Source of the DNA: Patescibacteria group bacterium
GTDB lineage: Bacteria > Patescibacteriota > Patescibacteriia > Patescibacteriales > UBA12465
Assembly: GCA_027858435.1 (NCBI GenBank)
Contig: JAQICS010000032.1
Location: 1 to 60,928 of the forward strand
Direction: 5' to 3'
Length of the DNA: 60,928 nt
In this document: one piece after another, positions 19,605 through 29,828 of the stretch
How the letters are laid out: every line of letters starts with the position of its first letter
How positions within the stretch are numbered: position 1 is the stretch's first letter
Notes under the pieces: generated by a model
Databases searched by the model: none
The model's input: only the letters and a program-made list of their open reading frames with translations
What the model was told of the DNA's origin: nothing
Position numbers and translations under genes: made by a program

Positions 19605-20747
19605 TTATTTAATCCTTTTTCTTTTTTTATTTACTTTTTTTTCTTTTACACTCTTATCAACTCTAATTATCTCTAACCAGTTTTGAAAGAATTCTAAATT
19701 ATTTAAAGAAGCTAATCTTTGTCCTAAAGGTTCTTTTAGTTGAAAAAGGTGTTTTAGGTATGATTTAGAATACTTCTTAAGACCATCTATCTTACTACCT
19801 TTATTTACAACTGTAAAGTCAGAGATAAATTTTGAATTATTAATATTAAGGGTTTTATATGATTTACCTGTTTTATAGAATAATCGACCATGTCTTCCCT
19901 CACGAGATGGTATTACACAATCAAACATATCCCAACCTAATTTAGAACAAGTTAAAATATCCTCAGGCGTTCCAATCCCCAAAGCAAACCTAAGCTTATC
20001 CTTAGGGATATATGAAGCAGTCTTATCAATAACTTCAGTTAAAAAATTACCATTTTCATCAACTGGTCGAGCGCCAAAACCATAGCCATCAAAACCAATT
20101 TCAACTAATTCTTTAGCACATTTCTCTCGCAAATCAAGTTCTTGCCCACCTTGAATAACTGAAAAAAGAAGTGGTCTTTTTCCTTTTACAATCTTTCTTT
20201 TTTTAATTTGTTTTTCATACTCACATTTACATCTTTTTGCCCAAGATATAGTTCTGTTAACCGCCTCTTCTAGTTGTTTCCTGTCATATTCATTTGGGGG
20301 ACAATCATCTAAACAAACCATCATATCAACCCCAAGGTCAAATTGAATTTGAATAGATTTTTCTGGACTAAAATCATGCCAAGATCCGTTAAGAGGTGAT
20401 TTAAACACAACTTTTTCATCAGTAATTTTTCCCATTTTGCTATTTCTGTGAATAAGGGAAAATACTTGAAAACCACCAGAATCAGATAGAAGAGGGCCAG
20501 AATAGTTCATAAACTTATGAATTCCACCCGCTTTTTTAATTAAATTAATTCCCGGTTGTAGGTATAGATGAAAGGTATTTACCACCATTGCTTTAGTGTT
20601 TGTGCTTTTAGCTTCTGAGTTTGACAAAAGCTTAACAAAACCACGAGTAGCATCGGGCATGAAAAAAGGAGTATCTAAACTACCATGAGCAGTTTTTACC
20701 TTCCCTAACCTTATTCCATTATTTTTTATTTTTTTTAATTTAAACAT
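19605..20747 (-). CDS. tgt: tRNA-guanine transglycosylase
   Basis: TPFFMP, NTFHL, DSGGFQVFSL, DMFDCVIP. Confidence 0.9.
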   Translation of the reverse strand: MFKLKKIKNNGIRLGKVKTAHGSLDTPFFMPDATRGFVKLLSNSEAKSTNTKAMVVNTFHLYLQPGINLIKKAGGIHKFMNYSGPLLSDSGGFQVFSLIHRNSKMGKITDEKVVFKSPLNGSWHDFSPEKSIQIQFDLGVDMMVCLDDCPPNEYDRKQLEEAVNRTISWAKRCKCEYEKQIKKRKIVKGKRPLLFSVIQGGQELDLREKCAKELVEIGFDGYGFGARPVDENGNFLTEVIDKTASYIPKDKLRFALGIGTPEDILTCSKLGWDMFDCVIPSREGRHGRLFYKTGKSYKTLNINNSKFISDFTVVNKGSKIDGLKKYSKSYLKHLFQLKEPLGQRLASLNNLEFFQNWLEIIRVDKSVKEKKVNKKRKRIK

Positions 20748-20749
20748 TA

Positions 20750-22738
20750 TTATTTGACTAAGCCAGAGTTATTATTACTAGCAGTTTCATCATCTTCAAG
20801 TTGTGTAGTTTTAGAACTTGTTTCTTTAATTAAAGTACTTTTGGTTACTGTATCATAGGCGGTTGCGGTTGAACCAGGTGAAAGAATTAATATCTTACCC
20901 TCATCTTCAGTCTTTGGTGTTAAGGATATATCAAAGTGAGCACTAGGATTACTTGAAGAAAGAGGCATATATCCAACATTCCAGATAACTTGATTAGAAC
21001 TTGGATCATAATTAATACTTCCTAAGTCAGTATCAGAATTACCTACGTATTCTACATTATCAGGTAATTGATAATAGGAGACTACATCACGTAACTCATT
21101 AATATTATTTTCAATATCCCAATATACTCTAAAAGTTGTAGTTTCACCACTTTCAGGTGGAAGTGGACCAGAGCCAACTGGAATATCATCTTCTGAAAAA
21201 TACATTATTTTTTCTGAAAAAGAAAAATCACTACTAACATTACTAATTATCTCATTACTTCGACTATTTTCTTCTTCTAATTCTTGGTCATTAATATTAT
21301 ATTGAGCAATTGATCTAATTTGTAGGTCATCCATTAACATTTCATTGTTATATTCTTTTAGTTTAACCGAAAAATTAATCTCACCTTCCTCATTTGGCTC
21401 TATTTCTGCTAACTTATCTAATTCTTCTTTTGTCCAAATAATTGAGTTGCCACTTACTTCTCCTTCTGTTTCCATAAACAGGGTATCCCAATCAACTAAA
21501 TCACTATCAATTATGGCCATAATTGAAACATTTTCATAGGATTTTGAACCCATATTAGAATAGTTTAAGGTATATGACAGGTTTTCTGAAAATCCCACTG
21601 CTTGATCAGATTTAGAACCATTTAAAAATAATGAAAGACTTAAATCACTGGAAACTAAATCAGGTTTAACTTTCTCTTGTTCAAAGATATAGTCTTTTTC
21701 AGAAACAGTTTTTTCTAAAATAACTGAAACTGAAAAATCATCAACTTCTTCTTTAACGCGGTAATCAAACTCTATCTTTTCATTTATCACCTCTTGATTT
21801 AAGCCAGATAATTTCCAACTACGTGAGTCAATTTTTTCTACTTTCAATTCTCCTTCTTCAACCTCTTCTTCACTTGATGTTGAAACATCTAAGTCTATAT
21901 CTATATTATCACTAAATTCAAAGCGAATTTTAAAGTCTGACATTTGCGAAGAAAATTCTTCATTTTCTTTTTCAGAAAAGATTAAGCTTAATTTATTTTC
22001 CTGATTTACAAATATTGCTCCAGCAGTTTCAATATCAAAATTATAGCCAAAGCCACCAGTTAGGATGGAAATGGAATCTTCTTTTTTGAAATGGCTAGAG
22101 AATGAACCTGGCTTATACTCTAACTTTGATATAGCTAAATTAACACCATCTGTTTCATTGATAATCATACCAATGATACTAACAGTATTTGTTTCACCGG
22201 GTTCAAGGTCGGGCAGTTCAAAGCCATGATTTCCTCTAATTGGATCTACTTCTGCTCCTTTGAAGATAAAGTTATCGGGATACTGCATTTCTAGTTCAAT
22301 ATCTGAGAAGACGTATTTAGTTGGATTATTATATTTTATTTTATACGAGAACTCTTCACCTATATTCACTTTTTCAGGAGCAGTTATTTCCAGTTGAAGA
22401 GAACTAATATCACCACTTTCTTGAAAGAAATAGTTATATCCAAAATATGCAGCAACTACAATAATTCCGATAAAAAACAATCTTTTTAGAATAAGAAGGA
22501 ATATGTTTGGTTTCTTTTTAACATCAAATTGCGATACATTTATTCTTCTTCCTTTTTTATCAGTATAGACATCATGAAGATGAGTATCAATTTCCTTGTC
22601 TCTTAATTCCCTATGTATTACTCTTTCAAAATCATCAACTTCATTTTCCTCAGGAATTGGTCTTTCAATAAATGAAGCTAGACCTGATTTCTTGTCTTTC
22701 TTAGGATTTATATTTCTTTTTTTTCTGCTATCTTGCAT
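20750..22738 (-). CDS. Single-TM protein with Ig-like/DUF11-like extracellular domains
   Basis: 662 aa; TM near residues 80-105; repeated YxIxYxN strands; GSGPLPP motif. Confidence 0.7.
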   Translation of the reverse strand: MQDSRKKRNINPKKDKKSGLASFIERPIPEENEVDDFERVIHRELRDKEIDTHLHDVYTDKKGRRINVSQFDVKKKPNIFLLILKRLFFIGIIVVAAYFGYNYFFQESGDISSLQLEITAPEKVNIGEEFSYKIKYNNPTKYVFSDIELEMQYPDNFIFKGAEVDPIRGNHGFELPDLEPGETNTVSIIGMIINETDGVNLAISKLEYKPGSFSSHFKKEDSISILTGGFGYNFDIETAGAIFVNQENKLSLIFSEKENEEFSSQMSDFKIRFEFSDNIDIDLDVSTSSEEEVEEGELKVEKIDSRSWKLSGLNQEVINEKIEFDYRVKEEVDDFSVSVILEKTVSEKDYIFEQEKVKPDLVSSDLSLSLFLNGSKSDQAVGFSENLSYTLNYSNMGSKSYENVSIMAIIDSDLVDWDTLFMETEGEVSGNSIIWTKEELDKLAEIEPNEEGEINFSVKLKEYNNEMLMDDLQIRSIAQYNINDQELEEENSRSNEIISNVSSDFSFSEKIMYFSEDDIPVGSGPLPPESGETTTFRVYWDIENNINELRDVVSYYQLPDNVEYVGNSDTDLGSINYDPSSNQVIWNVGYMPLSSSNPSAHFDISLTPKTEDEGKILILSPGSTATAYDTVTKSTLIKETSSKTTQLEDDETASNNNSGLVK

Positions 22739-22749
22739 ATATTTTTATA

Positions 22750-25449
22750 TTATTTGAGTATTACGGAAATAAATTTATCACTATCAAGTTCTGATAAATA
22801 GTTCCAAATGTATCCTTTTTCCTTTATCTTATCACTTCCTTGCCAAAATGCTAAATAGCCATTTTGTTCTTTAAATTTAGCCTCAAATGGATATGGCCTT
22901 ACTCCAGGTTGTTTTTGAACAAGTAGTGTATATGGGAAAATAATTTCTTGATCTGGGTTTAATTTAAAATTAATTTGCTTAAGCCAAGTATCATTACTAG
23001 CCTTTTCTTTTAAGTCATTAATATTAAATGGAAGCTTATACTTAATTACTACTTCATTTTTCTCTCCTGGATCAGTCATTACCCAATTAGCAAACACCGT
23101 TTTATCACTATCATTATATATTTTAGTATCACTGTATAAATCAATATCTGCTTCTCTTTCGGAAGCTAAATCATCAAGCAAAATTGCGTAATCATTTGGA
23201 TCTTCAAAAAGATCATTATCTGGACTTTCAAAACCATTAGCATTAATTAGCTCACTACCATTTGGAACATATACTCTTAACCAGTTAACGTTTCTAACAT
23301 CAACTAATGGATCTCCTTCTTTTCCTGGATGAGCATACTCTAATGTTAAAGTATTTAAAATACTACCATCATTTAATATTTCTGTTTCTAAATTTGCCTT
23401 TCTTTTTAAAATACGATCAGATTTTCTTCCCCCAATATTTGTATCAACTATCATTAAGTAGTCATTTTCAGTTTTTTTAATTTCACCAGCAATTTTAAGT
23501 TTTTCAATTTCAGCTTGTAATTTTTCATCAGAAAAATATAGCATCAAGTGTTTTTCTAAAACACTTTCTGATAAAAGAGAAGCAATTTCTGGTAGGTTTT
23601 CTCTGTTTAAAGTCTTTGGTAACTCTTCAAGTATTTTAGCCATTAAATCACCAATTATCTTCTTTGGCTTATTCTCTTTATTCTCTTCTAATCCTTGTTT
23701 TAGAGAAAAACTAGAACCCTCAACTATAGTTGTTGAAGCTATGTCAGGATTTGATATATCTTTTACAAAACTTGGATCTTCTTTAGCTAAATTGTCATAC
23801 TCAACTGTTTTTTGGGTTAACTGCCAGAAATTATCGGAAGTAACTATTACCCCATACTCTTCTCTCATATCAATTGGTCCAGTAATCTTAAGAGCACTCT
23901 CTACCACAGTTGGAGTTAAAGATATCACTCCATCAACTGTTGGTCCTCCACTCTCAGAATAGAACCACATTAAATGACGAGCAGTTTTAGGCCAATCTGG
24001 CCACCAATTTGCATCCCAAAAATTCCAATGCGGATTGACTAAATGAAGTGGCTCAGGAGAAACAATTTTCTTCCCTTGAAGACCAGCTTCAAGATCATAG
24101 CTGCCACCAGCTGGAACTTCTAAGTTTCTAATTTTTCCATCCCGAACATCAATTAAAGCGTAGCTTCCTAAAAAACCACCACTAGCTCTAAGTTCAGCGT
24201 TGTTTTGAAAAACTAGTAAATACCTTTTATCCATACTAAGGCCTAACACTTCTTTTAAGTTGTCGGCGGAATAGATAAACTTATTTATATTTTGCAAGAT
24301 AAAGCTACTTTGTTTTTTTAAGTTAAAAAATTTATCCCTATATTCAACGGGTAGATCCTCAACTGGTATTTGAGACAAAACACTGTTTAAATCAGTTGCT
24401 AATTTAGCTGAAGTCTTTGCTTCTTCTAAAAAGCTATTTAAAGAAGAAGAAAAATCATTACCTGAAAAAAGATAATCAGTTGCTTTAACTAAACTTGCTC
24501 CTAAGTCAGAGGCTAATTTTCCTGATTTTAATATATTTTTGGAATGAGCTGCTAATTTAATCTTTGAATTTGAAGACAAGGATGCAAGTTTAAAAATAAC
24601 CTTATTTAACTCCTCTAAGTCTTTCTCGGCCTCTAAAAAACTTAAACTAGCTTTTTCAAACTCTTTGGAAGCTGAGTTTAGATTAAGTTTTGAAACTGAA
24701 CTTCCAGCTTCTTCTAAGTTTTCAATCGCTCCATAGGAATAGTTCATTATCTTGTCCTCTAGACCTTTAAAATCAAAGAAATTAAAAGAATGAAGGAGCT
24801 TAATTGGGACAATTAAAAATAGTAGTATTAAGACAAAACTTAAGATTGGATTGCTAAATTCAAACAGACTCTTTTTTTTATGCTTTGGTTTTATTAAAAA
24901 CTTTCTTTGCTCTAGTTTAATCTTTTTATTAATCCCTTTTATCCTTTTCTTATACATTTTCTTAAACCTTTCTCGTTCTTCAAGTTCAGTAAATAATTTG
25001 TATAAAGAAATACTCTTTTTCTTTTTAAATAAATTAAAGAAATTATTATTTTTCTTTTTCTTTTTATCCTTTCTATGTTCTTTATTCTTTACCCTTTCTT
25101 CTTTCCTGTGTTCTTTGTTCTTTTCTTTTTCATGTTCTTTGTTCTTTTTCTTTTCTTTTTCTTGTTCTTTTTTTATTACCTTTTCATTTTTATCTTCTTT
25201 ATTAGCTCTTTTATTTTCTTCTTTGTTAATTGTTTTATTCTCTTCTTTATTATTTTTTTCTACATTATTTTTTACTTCACTTTTTTCATTATTTCTAAAA
25301 AACGACAAGAAAGACTTTTTCTCTTTTTGTAAACTATTTTCCATTGCTTCTTTCTTTTTATCATCTTCTACCTTCTTTTTTAAATCAACCACAAAACCAG
25401 CCTCATCAGCATAATAGTTATTATTTAATTGTTTATCTTCTTCCCTCAT
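22750..25449 (-). CDS. DUF4012-like membrane protein
   Basis: YLLVFQNNAELRASGGFLGSY, DANWWPDWP, VDGVI, WLRVYVP; K/E-rich N-terminus. Confidence 0.8.
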   Translation of the reverse strand: MREEDKQLNNNYYADEAGFVVDLKKKVEDDKKKEAMENSLQKEKKSFLSFFRNNEKSEVKNNVEKNNKEENKTINKEENKRANKEDKNEKVIKKEQEKEKKKNKEHEKEKNKEHRKEERVKNKEHRKDKKKKKNNNFFNLFKKKKSISLYKLFTELEERERFKKMYKKRIKGINKKIKLEQRKFLIKPKHKKKSLFEFSNPILSFVLILLFLIVPIKLLHSFNFFDFKGLEDKIMNYSYGAIENLEEAGSSVSKLNLNSASKEFEKASLSFLEAEKDLEELNKVIFKLASLSSNSKIKLAAHSKNILKSGKLASDLGASLVKATDYLFSGNDFSSSLNSFLEEAKTSAKLATDLNSVLSQIPVEDLPVEYRDKFFNLKKQSSFILQNINKFIYSADNLKEVLGLSMDKRYLLVFQNNAELRASGGFLGSYALIDVRDGKIRNLEVPAGGSYDLEAGLQGKKIVSPEPLHLVNPHWNFWDANWWPDWPKTARHLMWFYSESGGPTVDGVISLTPTVVESALKITGPIDMREEYGVIVTSDNFWQLTQKTVEYDNLAKEDPSFVKDISNPDIASTTIVEGSSFSLKQGLEENKENKPKKIIGDLMAKILEELPKTLNRENLPEIASLLSESVLEKHLMLYFSDEKLQAEIEKLKIAGEIKKTENDYLMIVDTNIGGRKSDRILKRKANLETEILNDGSILNTLTLEYAHPGKEGDPLVDVRNVNWLRVYVPNGSELINANGFESPDNDLFEDPNDYAILLDDLASEREADIDLYSDTKIYNDSDKTVFANWVMTDPGEKNEVVIKYKLPFNINDLKEKASNDTWLKQINFKLNPDQEIIFPYTLLVQKQPGVRPYPFEAKFKEQNGYLAFWQGSDKIKEKGYIWNYLSELDSDKFISVILK

Positions 25450-25477
25450 ATGATAAACAGTATTTTACTTCTTTTAT

Positions 25478-26671
25478 TTAATTACTTCTTTTATTTATTG
25501 AATTTAAATAAATATTTCTTGTTTCACTAGCACACTTACTCCAACTATATTTTTTGATAAACTCCGTGCTTTTTTCTTTTAAAATTTTTGTAAGTTCCTT
25601 GTCTTCAATTTTCTTAATTTTATTATATATATCATTTTCATTTTCTGGATCAAAATACATTGCCCCATCTCCAATTACTTCCGGAAGAGATGCTTTATCT
25701 GAACTTAACACTAAGCAATTATTAGAAATAGCCTCAAGTGGAGGAAGACCAAAGCCTTCATAAAGTGAGGGGAAAATAAAGGCTTTGGCTTTTTGATATA
25801 AGAGTTGTAATTCTTTGTCAGATACGTGACCGGCAAATATAACTTTTGAATTCTCTCTGTCACCTTTAGAATATAGTTTTAGATCAATTGCCTTCTCTTT
25901 TAATCTTTTATAGAAATAATCTATCTTACCCGCTAAAACTAATTTTAGAGGATAATTTTCTTGTTTAAATTTAGAGAAAACATTAAGTAAGGTTTCTAAA
26001 TTTTTATGCGGATAGGCACTTCCGACATAGAAAATAAAGTTAGGGGGGAGTTTATTTAAGAAACTTTTTTCTTCTAATTCTAATTTTTCTAAATATTTTA
26101 CGTCTTTTTCTTGACTTAAATTTGTAATTCCTTCATAGGTTACCTTTATTTTATCTTTTTTTATATCAAACTCTTCTATTATATCTTCTTTGGTGAAATT
26201 TGATACTGCAATAATCTTTTCTGATCTTTTAAGAGCTGATTTAATTACTAGATGATAGGCTATATTTTTAAGGAAATAGATTAGCTTGCTTTTAGTGGTT
26301 GCTCTAACGGTGGGGTATCTGGTTAGTATTAAGTCATGAATAGTTACCACAAACTTTTTAAAGTAGAAAATTGGAACATTAAAATGAGGAATGTGAACTA
26401 AGTCTAATTTTGCCTTGTATAGATAATATGGCATCATTATTTGCTCTTTTACACTATACCAGGGGCAATTAGTTTTTACTTTTTCAACCTTGTCACCTTC
26501 TAAAACATTTAAAGTATCGTAATTAGCAGGTGATAGGAATACGACGTAAGTAAAATTAGAAGATTTATCATCCCTATTTTGCTCTATTATATTGTCTACT
26601 ACTTCTTGGGTGTAACGACCCAATCCTTTGCCAACTGGACCGTAAAACCTAGCATCAATTCCTATTCTCAT
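25478..26671 (-). CDS. Glycosyltransferase family 4
   Basis: MRIGIDAR, TIHDL, FPSLYEGFGLPPLEA. Confidence 0.9.
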   Translation of the reverse strand: MRIGIDARFYGPVGKGLGRYTQEVVDNIIEQNRDDKSSNFTYVVFLSPANYDTLNVLEGDKVEKVKTNCPWYSVKEQIMMPYYLYKAKLDLVHIPHFNVPIFYFKKFVVTIHDLILTRYPTVRATTKSKLIYFLKNIAYHLVIKSALKRSEKIIAVSNFTKEDIIEEFDIKKDKIKVTYEGITNLSQEKDVKYLEKLELEEKSFLNKLPPNFIFYVGSAYPHKNLETLLNVFSKFKQENYPLKLVLAGKIDYFYKRLKEKAIDLKLYSKGDRENSKVIFAGHVSDKELQLLYQKAKAFIFPSLYEGFGLPPLEAISNNCLVLSSDKASLPEVIGDGAMYFDPENENDIYNKIKKIEDKELTKILKEKSTEFIKKYSWSKCASETRNIYLNSINKRSN

Positions 26672-26687
26672 TGTAAAACTTTTTTAT

Positions 26688-28259
26688 TTATAATGTTGGT
26701 AAATTTGGTGGTGGTCCAGACTTGGAATCGCTACCTCTTCCTTGATAGAAGAAATCTGTATCATCACTATCTTCTAATTCTTTTTCAAATTCACTATCAT
26801 CAATACTATTCTTTTTATTATCTTCTTCCGTTATTTCTTTTCTAGCTTCTTTTTTTTCTTCATCCTCTTCTTCAAATAATTCTTTTTCCAAATTTTCTGG
26901 AGTTGCGTCTTCATCACTATTTATCATGTTGATAAACTCCTCTGATTCTTCCTCATTTTCTACAACTGGAAGTGATGATGGAGCATTAGCTTTCCTACCC
27001 GGTGCTTTTTGAATCATAGCTGATTTAACACTTCCCTCAACAGGAAAATGCCAGAGTGTAGCCAACTCTTCAATATTAAACACTCCAGGACTAGGACCGA
27101 TTGAATCTGAACGACTAGTATATGCTTCAAGTAATCTTCTCTTCTTTCGTAATACTTGTTGTTTAATACCAAAGTATGCACCTTTAGTAGCTGTTCTTTT
27201 CATTTCTGGTTTTAAGTTGTTTAGATTAAGAGATATAAATTGTTTAATAAAACCTACAAAACCAGAAACAACCTTTCCTTTATTCATCACATCCTTTTTA
27301 GCCATGTAAATAACCCTTATCTTTGCTTCAAATCCTAATTTTGAAGCCTTGCTGGTAATAGCTTCAAGTTTTTCTTTTTCACCTGGTGATAAATCCATCA
27401 TTGTTTTTGGCTTATCCTCTTTCTTTTCATCTGATACGTCTCCCCATAATGGATAAAGCATCTCTGAAACATCGCCTAAAACTTTAACACCTTTATCAAA
27501 AAAATCTTCCTTTACTTTTGTTTTTCTTTCTAGTATTTTATTAATCTCTTTTTCTGAATTCTTAATCCAAGAAAAATCAGTTGGAGCAACAACTATTTGA
27601 AACCATAATTGTTCACCTTCTTTTAGAGATCCGCATAGATCCATTAAACTTGCCATTGGGTCTTTAAACTGCATTTCAGAAGGGCCAATTGAATGCTCAA
27701 ATTCTTGATAGCATTTAATTGGATATGGTTCTGGTGCTCCTTGAATAAATTCAACTCCCCAAAAATCATACTCATCATCAGGGACAGTTTTAGGAACATT
27801 ATTTACATAATCTTCAACTTCAAATATCTCAGCATCAGGATACTGGGAATAAACAGAAGATTCTACTAAATTACGCCATTCAGCTGGAGTTCTAATTAAA
27901 AACTGTGTGTAGCCATCAATTGAAACAATTTCAAAACTAAAAGATTTTTGATATAATCCCAAAAACCATTTTTCAAAAAAACTAATTGAACCATGGGCGC
28001 CACCAAAATAGGTGAACATATTTTCCACTGCTTTTGGAGTTTGCTCAATTCCTCTTGGTATATCAATTGCTAGTAGTATAAATTTATGTCCTTCTGACCA
28101 CTTACCGCGAAGCCGATATAAATAGAGATCTCTTACTCCATATAAAAAAGCAATAGCCAAAAAAGGCCACCCAAAGTTAGCAAAAAAGCGCCAAACTATT
28201 TCAGCAGTTGGCAAATTTATAAACCTCTCAAAAACAGTAAAATCAAAAACGATTTCCAT
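26688..28259 (-). CDS. Hypothetical membrane protein
   Basis: 523 aa; N-terminal TM; VESSVYSQYPDAEI and EELATLWHFP; acidic tail ending PPPNLP. Confidence 0.7.
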   Translation of the reverse strand: MEIVFDFTVFERFINLPTAEIVWRFFANFGWPFLAIAFLYGVRDLYLYRLRGKWSEGHKFILLAIDIPRGIEQTPKAVENMFTYFGGAHGSISFFEKWFLGLYQKSFSFEIVSIDGYTQFLIRTPAEWRNLVESSVYSQYPDAEIFEVEDYVNNVPKTVPDDEYDFWGVEFIQGAPEPYPIKCYQEFEHSIGPSEMQFKDPMASLMDLCGSLKEGEQLWFQIVVAPTDFSWIKNSEKEINKILERKTKVKEDFFDKGVKVLGDVSEMLYPLWGDVSDEKKEDKPKTMMDLSPGEKEKLEAITSKASKLGFEAKIRVIYMAKKDVMNKGKVVSGFVGFIKQFISLNLNNLKPEMKRTATKGAYFGIKQQVLRKKRRLLEAYTSRSDSIGPSPGVFNIEELATLWHFPVEGSVKSAMIQKAPGRKANAPSSLPVVENEEESEEFINMINSDEDATPENLEKELFEEEDEEKKEARKEITEEDNKKNSIDDSEFEKELEDSDDTDFFYQGRGSDSKSGPPPNLPTL

Positions 28260-28420
28260 ATTTTTTTATTCCTTTTAATACTTCTATTTTACCACATTTT
28301 CATAAAAACAAAAACCCAGCTTTTAAAGCTGAGTTTTATATTTTTTCTTCTCTATATATTTCTTTATTATATTATTCTTCTCTATCTATTTTCTTAATAT
28401 ATTTTATATTATTCTTTTCA

Positions 28421-29446
28421 TTATTTTAAACCGTAGGTTCCACGACTCTCTAAATAATATCTATTATCAAGGATTAACTCGTTATGAACAGTGGCAGCAT
28501 TAGCCTTTTTCTTATCAAAACCTATTTCATTAATTTTTTTGGCAATTTCAGTAAAATGAAGTGGTTTACCAAAGTGTTTTAGAACTAAATAAATCTTATC
28601 ATTAACAGTTTTTGGTTTAATTTCACTCCAGTTAGTAGATCCCCATTGTCCAAACTTATTCATTTCTAAATCCTTAACTGCTTGAATAAGTGAGTATAGG
28701 ATTTTATTACTATTTATAATTTCTGCTTTATCTTTAAAGATCTTACTTTTATATACTTTAGTGATATCAGTATTTGGCATACTAGCCATTTTTTCCTGAT
28801 GACGATTATATGTATCAAGTTCTTTTAAGAGCTCAATTAACTCTTCAGTGCTTAATACTTTCTTTAAACTATCAACCTTATTTAAAAGATCATCAGCTAA
28901 TTCTTTAAAGTAATCAGTTTCTGCATTTTTAATTTTGATAACTGGATTGAATTCATTAGAAGATTTTATATCCTCTAAATCATCACCAATTAATTTAGAA
29001 ATTAAGAAACTAAAATGATTTCTGTAAATATCCCTATTTTTTTCATATTCAGGAGTATCAGAATTATAATTGTTTTCTAACTCTAAGCAAGATACAGTTA
29101 AAATATCTAAAAGAAAATCTTTTCTTAACATTCCTCCATGTTCTTCAAGAAGTTCAGAAATAGTTTCTTTAAGAGTATTAACAGAGTCTTCAATCTTTTC
29201 AATCTTTTTAATTTTCTTAATACTAGCTGACTCAATTTGTCGTACTCTTTCTCTAGTTAGATTATGAAGACTTCCAATTTTTTCTAAAGTTTCTCCCTTG
29301 CCACCTTTTAATCCATAGCGACGAGTCAGAATATCTTTTTCTCTATCAAGAAGATCAGTGAATAAAAAATCTACAATTTTAATTGCATTTAATCTTGATA
29401 ATTCTTCTGTTTTTCCTTGGTTTAGGTTTTCAAATATTTTTGACAT
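28421..29446 (-). CDS. Sigma70 region-4 / HARE-HTH (RNAP delta-like) fusion protein
   Basis: RRYGL..ETLEKIG..LTRERVRQIE at the N-terminus; YLVLKHFGKPLHFTEIA..RGTYGL at the C-terminus. Confidence 0.8.
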   Translation of the reverse strand: MSKIFENLNQGKTEELSRLNAIKIVDFLFTDLLDREKDILTRRYGLKGGKGETLEKIGSLHNLTRERVRQIESASIKKIKKIEKIEDSVNTLKETISELLEEHGGMLRKDFLLDILTVSCLELENNYNSDTPEYEKNRDIYRNHFSFLISKLIGDDLEDIKSSNEFNPVIKIKNAETDYFKELADDLLNKVDSLKKVLSTEELIELLKELDTYNRHQEKMASMPNTDITKVYKSKIFKDKAEIINSNKILYSLIQAVKDLEMNKFGQWGSTNWSEIKPKTVNDKIYLVLKHFGKPLHFTEIAKKINEIGFDKKKANAATVHNELILDNRYYLESRGTYGLK

Positions 29447-29515
29447 ATATTAAAATAATTGTTTTATAATTAACCAAACTTTATCACATTATTTTGTATT
29501 AGTCAAGGGGTAGTA

Positions 29516-29812
29516 GGCTCTATGTCGAAAAGTGTGTATAAAAATTGTAAAATTTGATTAAATCTACTTTAATATTGGCTACAAAATTATAGAAAGACAC
29601 TATTAAAAAATAAAGCTTATTTTTTAATAAAATTTTGAAACAATATTTTGCGTCTCTTAAATTATTCAATATTACCAGTATGGTAGTATATAGCTTAAAT
29701 ATAAACCAAATATATAAAATACACACCATTAAAAGCTGTTTTATTGGTATTCTAAAAGGAATTTATTGTGCAATAGTCCGTTAAATCTATACACACTTTT
29801 CAACGTAGAGCC
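29516..29812. mobile_element. MITE (non-autonomous IS, IS256/Mutator-like ends)
   Basis: 25-bp TIRs GGCTCTA(T/C)GT(C/T)GAAAAGTGTGTATA with 2 mismatches; 9-bp direct repeat GGGGTAGTA at 29507-29515 and 29813-29821. Confidence 0.9.
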
Positions 29813-29828
29813 GGGGTAGTATATGAAA

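Noticed and set aside
29520..29729. 69-aa ORF inside the MITE
   Set aside because: No transposase motifs and AT-driven composition; probably spurious.
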